From assembly GCF_000189295.2 (NCBI RefSeq), contig NC_016803.1, positions 1,710,001 through 1,742,000 of the forward strand: a DNA stretch of 32,000 nt, given 5' to 3'. The DNA comes from Pseudodesulfovibrio mercurii. Lineage in GTDB: Bacteria > Desulfobacterota > Desulfovibrionia > Desulfovibrionales > Desulfovibrionaceae. Position 1 is the first letter of the stretch. Each line of letters opens with the position of its first letter. The notes under the pieces are model-generated. The model saw only the letters and a list, made by a program, of their open reading frames with translations, was not told the DNA's origin and did not search any database. Below, one piece after another: positions 13,978-20,993 of this stretch. The position numbers were made by a program, and so were the translations under genes.

Positions 13978-16239
13978 GTGCTGAAGCGGTTCCGCGAAAG
14001 CCTCATCGCCAAGATGATCCTGTCGGGCGGCGTGACGCTGACCCTGTGCATCCTCCTGTGGACCGGGTTCAATGTCTACTACTTCAAGAGCAACGTGGTC
14101 TCCAACGTCATGTCCGACATCGAGATGGTGTCGGACACGATCATGCTCGCCCTGCACTACGCCATGATGCTCGACAACGAAGAGGACATCAAAGAGAACA
14201 TCAACAACATCTCCAAGCAGGAGGAGATCGAGAACATCCGGGTCTACAACAAGGAGGGGCGCATCGTCTTCTCCAACATCCCGGACGAGATCGGTACGGT
14301 CATCGGCAAGGAGACCCCGGCCTGCCGGGCCTGCCACCGCTACAACCCGCCGCCGCCGGCCCTGCCCCTGTCCCGGCGCACCCGGATGATCGAGACGGAC
14401 GGCCGCCAGCTCATGGCCATCATGACCCCCATCGCCAACTCCGAGGGGTGCTCGCCCGGTCCGTGCCACGTGCACTCCCAGGACGAGCAGGTCCTCGGCC
14501 TGCTGGACGTGACCGTGAACATGGACGCCAAGAACTCCATGATCCGGATGTTCGAGCGGGCCAACATGGGCATCTCCGTGGTGGTCTTCGCGGCCACCTT
14601 CCTGGCCCTGTTCGCCTTCACCTACCGGTTCATCTTCCGGCCGATCAAGCGGCTGATAACGGCCACCCGGGGGATCAGCGGCGCCTCCGAGTACACGGAC
14701 ATCGACATCGGACAGGTGGACGAGATCGGCACCCTGGGCCAGGCCTTCAACATGATGGGCAAGCGGGTCTCGGACAAGCACCGCGAGCTGCTCGACCAGC
14801 GCGAGGAGTACCGCAACCTGTTCGACAACGTGCCCTGCCTGGTCTCGGTGGTGGACGCCGACTACCGGATCATCCGCCACAACTCGGCCTACGAGCGGCA
14901 CTTCGGCCTGCCCGACGGCAAGCGCTGCTGGCAGGTCAACAAGGGGCGGCTCGAGAAGTGCGCGGTCTGCCCGGTGGACCGGACCTTCCGCGACGGCCGC
15001 TCGCACATGTCCGAGGAGTCGGGCATGTCCAAGGACGGGCGGCGCATCCACTGGATCGTGTACACCTCGCCGGTCAAGGACAAGACGGGCAAGGTCGTGG
15101 CCGCCATGGAGATGATGGTGGACATCACCCACCGCCGCGAGCTGGAGTCCAAGCTGGCCGCGTCCGAGCACCGCTACCACGCCATTTTCGACTCCATCCC
15201 CAACGCGGTCTTCGTCCTGGACCGCCAGACGCTGGAGATCCTCAACTGCAACGAGTCCTCCCAGGAGATGTACGGCTGGAGCCAGCTGGAGATGCGCGGC
15301 CGCTCGTTCATGGCCTTCTTCCGCGAGGACGAGGCCGGGGACTGGGAGGAGGCCGTGCGCACCCAGGCCGAGATCGAGCTGTGCACCCACGTGGACAAGT
15401 CCGGCAAGCCGTTCTTCGTCTTCCTGAGCATCTCCCCGGCCCGGTTCGAGGGCAACGACACCCTCATCGTCACCTGCACGGACGTGACCCGCAAGGTCGA
15501 GGTGGAGCAGCAGCTCATCCAGGCCAGCAAGATGACCACGCTGGGCGAGATGAGCACGGGCGTGGCCCACGAGCTGAACCAGCCGCTGACCATCCTCCAG
15601 GCCATCTCCAACCTGCTGACCCGCAAGATCGAGCACAACCGGGAGGTCTCGCCCGAGATCATGCGCGAAATGGCCGAGGGCATCTCCACCCATGTGGACC
15701 GGGCGGCCAAGATCATCGAGCACATGCGCGAGTTCGGGCGCAAGTCCGACCTGCGGACCATGCCGGTGCAGGTCAACGAGGTCCTGGAGCGCGGCTTCGA
15801 GTTCTTCAGCCAGCAGCTGCAGGTGCACAACATCCGGGTGGTCTGGGAGCTGGAGGAGAACCTGCCCCTGATCATGGCCGACTCCAACCGGCTGGAACAG
15901 GTGGTCATCAACCTGCTGCTCAACGCCCGCGACGCCATCGAGGACCGCTGGAAGGGCGTCAAGGACGCGGACAAGCGCATCCTGCTCCAGTCCTTCAGCA
16001 CACACGAACGCATCGTCTTCCGCATCTGCGACACGGGCGCGGGCATCCCCCCGGCCATCCGCGAGCGTCTGTTCGAGCCGTTCTTCACCACCAAGGGCGT
16101 GGGCAAGGGCACCGGGCTCGGCCTGTCCATCTCCTACGGCATCGTCACCGACTACGGCGGGAAGATCAAGGCCGACGCCTGGGAGGAGGGCGGCGCCTGC
16201 TTCGAGATCGCCTTCCCCAGGGCGGAGTGCGAGCTGTAG
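13978..16239 (+). CDS. Membrane sensor histidine kinase: TM, periplasmic loop with CXXCH and CX4CH, TM, HAMP, 2 PAS, HisKA, HATPase_c
   Basis: The GTG start is the one given in the track, and an internal ATG at 14014 is possible. TM segments lie at about aa 10-36 and 197-220. CRACH is at aa 116-120 and CSPGPCHVH at aa 158-166. The H-box is VAHELNQPL. The N-box is LLLNARDA. The G-boxes are DTGAGI and GTGLGL. Confidence 0.85.
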   Translation: MLKRFRESLIAKMILSGGVTLTLCILLWTGFNVYYFKSNVVSNVMSDIEMVSDTIMLALHYAMMLDNEEDIKENINNISKQEEIENIRVYNKEGRIVFSNIPDEIGTVIGKETPACRACHRYNPPPPALPLSRRTRMIETDGRQLMAIMTPIANSEGCSPGPCHVHSQDEQVLGLLDVTVNMDAKNSMIRMFERANMGISVVVFAATFLALFAFTYRFIFRPIKRLITATRGISGASEYTDIDIGQVDEIGTLGQAFNMMGKRVSDKHRELLDQREEYRNLFDNVPCLVSVVDADYRIIRHNSAYERHFGLPDGKRCWQVNKGRLEKCAVCPVDRTFRDGRSHMSEESGMSKDGRRIHWIVYTSPVKDKTGKVVAAMEMMVDITHRRELESKLAASEHRYHAIFDSIPNAVFVLDRQTLEILNCNESSQEMYGWSQLEMRGRSFMAFFREDEAGDWEEAVRTQAEIELCTHVDKSGKPFFVFLSISPARFEGNDTLIVTCTDVTRKVEVEQQLIQASKMTTLGEMSTGVAHELNQPLTILQAISNLLTRKIEHNREVSPEIMREMAEGISTHVDRAAKIIEHMREFGRKSDLRTMPVQVNEVLERGFEFFSQQLQVHNIRVVWELEENLPLIMADSNRLEQVVINLLLNARDAIEDRWKGVKDADKRILLQSFSTHERIVFRICDTGAGIPPAIRERLFEPFFTTKGVGKGTGLGLSISYGIVTDYGGKIKADAWEEGGACFEIAFPRAECEL

Positions 16240-16266
16240 CCGGGGCGGGTCTTGAACCCCTTTTCG

Positions 16267-16295
16267 GGCCGGAAATCGCTTTCCGGCCTTTTTTT
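16267..16295 (+). terminator. Rho-independent terminator of the rrf2-kinase unit
   Basis: The 9-bp stem GGCCGGAAA/TTTCCGGCC has the loop TCGC and is followed by T7 (16289-16295). Confidence 0.8.
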
Positions 16296-16401
16296 CGCCC
16301 GATTTTCCGCCCCACAGGCAAAAATCCGCGACGGAACGCAAAATATAACGGTTTCCCTCTGCCTCTTTTCCCATTTTTCTGCTAATGGGGGATTAAACCC
16401 T

Positions 16402-16442
16402 CCCCTCCATCCGGACCGGGGGCAATGGTCCGGATGGAGGGG
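16402..16442 (+). promoter_or_regulatory. Perfect 16-bp inverted repeat just upstream of the NrfH-type gene (leader hairpin or operator)
   Basis: CCCCTCCATCCGGACC (16402-16417) and GGTCCGGATGGAGGGG (16427-16442) flank a 9-nt spacer. The repeat ends 18 nt before the ATG at 16461 and 8 nt before the GGGAGGAGG RBS. Confidence 0.5.
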
Positions 16443-16460
16443 AAACAACCGGGAGGAGGT

Positions 16461-17033
16461 ATGGAGCGAAAAGCCAAGTCGATCCTGTTGGTCCTGTTCG
16501 GCATCCTGATCGCCTTTCCCCTGTTCAGCATGACCTATTACACCATGGTCAGGACTTCGACCCCGGAGTTCTGCGGGACCTGTCACGAGATCCGCCCGGC
16601 GGTCATGGCCTGGAAGAGCTCGACGCACGTCAACAACGGGCAGGGATTCGTGGCCGACTGCATGGACTGCCACCTGCCCGCGCCCCATGACACCGTCGAT
16701 TTCTTCTTCACCAAGACCATGCACGGGATGAAGGACGTCTTCTCCCACTTCACAGGGGGGGACGAGACCTACGACAGGAAGGTCATGCGCGAGCACGTCT
16801 GGGCGACCATGAAGAACGACCAGTGCATGAAGTGCCACCGGAATATCCTGAACATGCCCGGCAAGCGCGGGGCCATGCTGGCCCACCGCAGGGTGCTCTA
16901 CGCCGGGGGAGGCACGGAGTACCGCTGCACCGACTGCCACCGACACCTGGTCCACAACGACAGGCAGTTCTTCGAGTACAAGCAGTTCAGCGCCCCCTAC
17001 CGGGCCGGCGGGCTGCCCAACCTGGGAATCTAG
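16461..17033 (+). CDS. NapC/NirT/NrfH-family membrane-anchored tetrahaem cytochrome c (quinol dehydrogenase)
   Basis: The RBS GGGAGGAGG abuts the ATG at 16461. The N-terminal TM anchor is SILLVLFGILIAFPLFSMTYY. Four CXXCH motifs are present: CGTCH, CMDCH, CMKCH and CTDCH. Confidence 0.85.
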   Translation: MERKAKSILLVLFGILIAFPLFSMTYYTMVRTSTPEFCGTCHEIRPAVMAWKSSTHVNNGQGFVADCMDCHLPAPHDTVDFFFTKTMHGMKDVFSHFTGGDETYDRKVMREHVWATMKNDQCMKCHRNILNMPGKRGAMLAHRRVLYAGGGTEYRCTDCHRHLVHNDRQFFEYKQFSAPYRAGGLPNLGI

Positions 17034-17043
17034 GAGGTAGTGT

Positions 17044-18429
17044 ATGTATCGCAGAGTGACGTTCACCCTGGCCGCGACGCTGGCCGTCATCGCCCTGACC
17101 GCGCTCGCGGCGGGCGCGCAGAATTTCCCCAAGGTCCGCGAGCTGCGCATGGACCGGGCCACACCGCCCCAGGGCACGGCCTGCATCGAGTGCCACAAAC
17201 AGGAGACCCCCGGCATCTTCGCCGACTGGGCCATGAGCCGCCACGCGGCCGCGGGCATCACCTGCCTGGACTGCCACCAGGCCCAGCCCGGCGAGCAGGA
17301 CATCAGCGTGTCCCATGAGAAGTACTACTCCATGGGCAACCTGCCCATGGGCGAGAAGCAGTACTTCGTGCCCGTGGCCTCGGCGGTCACGCCCAAGGAC
17401 TGCTCCCGCTGCCACCCGGACGAGGCCAAACAGTACTCGGTCAGCAAGCACGCCAACACGCTGGAGATCATCTGGAAGCTCGACCCGTGGCTCAACGGCG
17501 GCATGAACTCGGACAACGAGCGCAAGACCGGCTGCTTCTACTGCCACGGCACGGTGCTGTCCATGAAGGACGGCAGCCTCGATCCCGACACCTGGCCCAA
17601 CGTGGGCGTCGGCCGCCTGAACATGGACGGCTCCCTCGGCTCGTGCACCAGCTGCCACACCCGGCACCGCTTCTCGGTCATGGAGGCGCGCAAGCCCGAG
17701 ACCTGCGGCCAGTGCCACCTCGGCCCGGACCACCCGCAGATCGAGATCTTCAACGAATCCAAGCACGGCGACATCTACCAGGCCTTCAAGCAGGAATACA
17801 ACTTCGACTCGGCCCCCGGCGCCTGGACCCCGGGCGTGGACTACCGCGCCCCGACCTGCGCCGCCTGCCACATGTCCGGCTCGGGCGACGTGGCCACCAC
17901 CCACGACGTGACCGAACGGATATCCTGGGAGACCCAGGCCCCGCTGACGGTCCGCCCGTCCGAGTTCAAGCCGCTGCCCGCGGCCACGGACTGGAAGGTG
18001 GAGCGCGACAAGATGAAGAACATCTGCGGCCAGTGCCACGGCCAGTCCTGGATCGACGACTTCTACACCCAGCTCGACACCTCGGTGAAGGAGTACAACG
18101 AGGTCTACTACGCGCCCGCGCGCAAGACCATGGACGAACTGTACGAGAAGGGGCTGCTCGACAAGACCAAGTACTTCGACGAGCACCTGGAGGTGGAGTT
18201 CTACGAGCTGTGGCACCACGAGGGACGCCGGGCGCGCATGGGCACGGCCATGATGGCCCCGGACTACGCCTGGTGGCACGGCTTCTATGAGTGCAAGCAC
18301 CGCTACAACCGGTTCATGGAGGAGGCCCGCCACCTCATCGAGACCAACACCAAGGCCTACCGCTACCCCGACTTCCCCAACGCCACCGGCGATACCACCC
18401 GCCCGGCGCAGATCTTCGGGAAGAAGTAG
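17044..18429 (+). CDS. Periplasmic octahaem cytochrome c, hydroxylamine-oxidoreductase (HAO)-like family
   Basis: AGGAGG RBS, 10 nt after the upstream stop. The Sec signal is MYRRVTFTLAATLAVIALTALAAGA. Eight CXXCH motifs are present (CIECH, CLDCH, CSRCH, CFYCH, CTSCH, CGQCH, CAACH, CGQCH) and there is no CXXCK. The C-terminal helical region WHHEGRRARMG...MAPDYAWWHGFYE recalls the HAO family. The family assignment is from memory, not from a search. Confidence 0.75.
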   Translation: MYRRVTFTLAATLAVIALTALAAGAQNFPKVRELRMDRATPPQGTACIECHKQETPGIFADWAMSRHAAAGITCLDCHQAQPGEQDISVSHEKYYSMGNLPMGEKQYFVPVASAVTPKDCSRCHPDEAKQYSVSKHANTLEIIWKLDPWLNGGMNSDNERKTGCFYCHGTVLSMKDGSLDPDTWPNVGVGRLNMDGSLGSCTSCHTRHRFSVMEARKPETCGQCHLGPDHPQIEIFNESKHGDIYQAFKQEYNFDSAPGAWTPGVDYRAPTCAACHMSGSGDVATTHDVTERISWETQAPLTVRPSEFKPLPAATDWKVERDKMKNICGQCHGQSWIDDFYTQLDTSVKEYNEVYYAPARKTMDELYEKGLLDKTKYFDEHLEVEFYELWHHEGRRARMGTAMMAPDYAWWHGFYECKHRYNRFMEEARHLIETNTKAYRYPDFPNATGDTTRPAQIFGKK

Positions 18430-18453
18430 GCCCGCAACCGGCAGACCGATTCG

Positions 18454-18477
18454 GGGGGCGTCCGCGCCCCCCTTTTC
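18454..18477 (+). terminator. Rho-independent terminator after the octahaem cytochrome gene
   Basis: The 8-bp stem GGGGGGCG/CGCCCCCC has the loop TCCG and is followed by TTTT (18474-18477). Confidence 0.7.
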
Positions 18478-18509
18478 GTTCCCGCCCGAACGCGGCCGCG
18501 AGCCGCGCA

Positions 18510-18538
18510 TTGACCTTCCGCTGAAAAGACGCGATATT
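18510..18538 (+). promoter_or_regulatory. Putative sigma70-type promoter TTGACC-N17-GATATT for the diguanylate cyclase gene
   Basis: The hexamers lie at 18510-18515 and 18533-18538. This placement argues against the 18537 start given in the ORF track. Confidence 0.35.
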
Positions 18539-18578
18539 GGCAAGCGGATGGCGCCGGACATTCCGGAGGGAGACTCGA

Positions 18579-20921
18579 ATGGACGATACGACCCTGCGCG
18601 GGCAGCTCAAAAAGGCGCGACAACGCATCGCGGAGCTCGAAGCCGACCTTGAGCATGCCGCCGAGGCGACCTGCGAGGACCGTTACCACCTGGTCTTCGA
18701 GAATGCGCCCGGCGGCATGGCCATCATCACCGAGGAGGGACAAATCCTTCTGTCCAATGCCGAGGCCAAGCGGTTCCTCGGCCTGTCCGAGCAGGACGGC
18801 GACCAGAACGCCGAGACCTTCTACGTCAATGTCAACGACCGCAACCGCCTCCTGGCCCTGCTCCGGGATCAGCAGCTCATCCGCAATTTTCCCGTGCCCA
18901 TGCGCCGACTGGACGGCACCCCCATGTGGGCCAGCCTGAGCGCCCGGTCCATCGACTACGGCGGCATCCGGGCCAACCTGATCTCCTTCACCGACATCAC
19001 CGAACACCGCGAGGCCCTGCGCAGGCTGGAGCTGGACGAAATCCGCTTCGAAAAGCTCTACGCCCTGTCCGAGATGACCCAGCATTCGGAGAGCGACATC
19101 CTCGACTTCGCCCTGGAGGCCATCACCGAGGTGACCGGCAGCGAGATCGGCTACATCTACCGGCTGAACGAGGACGAGTCCGTGCTGACCCTGCACGCCT
19201 GGTCCAAGGGCGTCATGGGGCAGTGCACCCTGAAGGACGTGCCCGAGATCTATCACCTCCAGGACACCGGGCTGTGGGGCGAACCCGTCAGGCTGCGCAG
19301 GCCGGTGCTGACCAACGACTACCCCGGCCTGACGGACAAGCGGGGCTATCCCGAGGGACACATCCCGGTCCGCAACCACCTGGGCGTGCCTGTCTTCGAC
19401 GAGGACCGCATCGTGCTCCTGGCCGGAGTGGGCAACAAGCCCGGCGACTTCACCGAGGACGACGTCCGGCACATGGAACTGATCATGAACGGCACCTGGC
19501 GCATCGTCCAGCGGCGCCGCTCCCGTGCGGAACTGAGCGCGGCCCACGCCGAACTCGAGGAAAAGGTCCGGCGGCGCACGGACCGGCTGCAACAGGTCAA
19601 CCGCGAACTGGCCGGGCTGAACCTCGAACTGATGAAAAAGGACAGCGAGCGCGAACAGGCCCGCACCGAGCTGATGCGCTACCAGCGGATCATCGAGACC
19701 AACCCGGACCTCATCTCCCTCATCGACGGCGACTACCGCTACGTCATCGTCAACCAGTCCTACACGCGCATCTTCGGCCTTGCGCGGGAGTCCATCGTGG
19801 GCCAGCCCGTGGGCATCCTCTTCGGTACCCAGGCCTTCGAGGAGCAGTTCCGGCCCGCCATCGACCGGGCCCTCGAAGGCGAGACCCTGACCGAGGCCAC
19901 CTGGCTGCACCTGCCCGACCAGGGCGAGCGGTACATGTCCATCACCTACCAGCCGGTCAAGGTGGAGGGCGACGACACGGACTACGTGTCCTTCGAGGCC
20001 CGGGACATGACCGACCTCAAGCGCAGCGAGGAGGACCTCAAGGCCATCGCCGAACGGCTGGACCTGGCCACGGACGCCGCCCACCTGGGCATCTGGGAGT
20101 GGGACCTGCGCACCGACGACCTGCTCTGGGACCACAAGATGTTCGACCTGTACCAGGCCGAGCCCATGCCCTCCCGGGAGCTCTTCGACTACTGGCGCAG
20201 CTGCATCCACCCGGACGACCTGGCCGCCACCGAGTACCAGCTGGCCCGGTCCATCGAGACCAAGGAGCCCCTGTACCTGGAATTCCGCATCGTCCGTCCG
20301 GACGGCGTCACTCGGCACATCCGCCTGGAGGGGCTGGTCCAGGTGGACGACAAGGGCATGCCCATCCGGCTCATCGGCATCAGCATGGACGTCACCGAGC
20401 AGCGCAAGATGGAGGACGAGCTGCGCACCCTGGCCTCCACCGACCCCCTGACCGGGGCGAGCAACCGCCGCCAGTTCATGTCCCGCCTGAGCGAGGAGTT
20501 CGAGCGCTGCAAGCGGTACAACACCTCCCTGGTCCTGCTCTCCCTGGACATCGACCACTTCAAGCGCATCAACGACACCTTCGGCCATCCGGCCGGGGAC
20601 GACGTGCTCAAGGAACTGGTCGCCCTGTGCCGGTCCACCCTGCGCACCACCGACCTCTTCGGCCGGGTGGGCGGCGAGGAGTTCCAGGCCGCCCTGACAC
20701 AGACCCGCATCGGCGCGGGCGAGAACACGGCCGAGCGGCTGCGCCGCCGCGTGGAGCGGTGCGAGGTCAAGACCCACGGCGAGACCATCACCTTCACCAT
20801 CAGCATCGGCGTGACCGCCCTGCGCCCCGAGGACGGGTCAATCGAAGGGCTGCTCAAGCGGGCCGACGACGCCCTGTACCAGGCCAAGCGCAACGGCCGA
20901 AACCGGGTCATGGTGCTCTGA
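18579..20921 (+). CDS. PAS-GAF-PAS-PAS-GGDEF diguanylate cyclase
   Basis: GGAGGG at 18565-18570 lies 8 nt upstream of the ATG at 18579. An N-terminal coiled coil is followed by PAS and GAF-like segments. The active site is GGEEF, with an RxxD I-site (RTTD) five residues upstream. There are no TM segments. Confidence 0.85.
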   Translation: MDDTTLRGQLKKARQRIAELEADLEHAAEATCEDRYHLVFENAPGGMAIITEEGQILLSNAEAKRFLGLSEQDGDQNAETFYVNVNDRNRLLALLRDQQLIRNFPVPMRRLDGTPMWASLSARSIDYGGIRANLISFTDITEHREALRRLELDEIRFEKLYALSEMTQHSESDILDFALEAITEVTGSEIGYIYRLNEDESVLTLHAWSKGVMGQCTLKDVPEIYHLQDTGLWGEPVRLRRPVLTNDYPGLTDKRGYPEGHIPVRNHLGVPVFDEDRIVLLAGVGNKPGDFTEDDVRHMELIMNGTWRIVQRRRSRAELSAAHAELEEKVRRRTDRLQQVNRELAGLNLELMKKDSEREQARTELMRYQRIIETNPDLISLIDGDYRYVIVNQSYTRIFGLARESIVGQPVGILFGTQAFEEQFRPAIDRALEGETLTEATWLHLPDQGERYMSITYQPVKVEGDDTDYVSFEARDMTDLKRSEEDLKAIAERLDLATDAAHLGIWEWDLRTDDLLWDHKMFDLYQAEPMPSRELFDYWRSCIHPDDLAATEYQLARSIETKEPLYLEFRIVRPDGVTRHIRLEGLVQVDDKGMPIRLIGISMDVTEQRKMEDELRTLASTDPLTGASNRRQFMSRLSEEFERCKRYNTSLVLLSLDIDHFKRINDTFGHPAGDDVLKELVALCRSTLRTTDLFGRVGGEEFQAALTQTRIGAGENTAERLRRRVERCEVKTHGETITFTISIGVTALRPEDGSIEGLLKRADDALYQAKRNGRNRVMVL

Positions 20922-20925
20922 CCCC

Positions 20926-20954
20926 TTGACTCGGCGACCTCGCCTTCCTACCTT
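20926..20954 (+). promoter_or_regulatory. Putative promoter TTGACT-N17-TACCTT
   Basis: The hexamers lie at 20926-20931 and 20949-20954, about 40 nt upstream of the ATG at 20994. Confidence 0.3.
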
Positions 20955-20993
20955 TTGCGATAACGATTACCGTCATCACCTGCGAGGTTCCCC

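Noticed and set aside
17044-18429. Calling the multihaem protein NrfA (pentahaem nitrite reductase) because an NrfH-type gene precedes it
   Set aside because: It has eight CXXCH motifs and no CXXCK active-site haem motif. Its size and C-terminal region fit the octahaem HAO-like group better.
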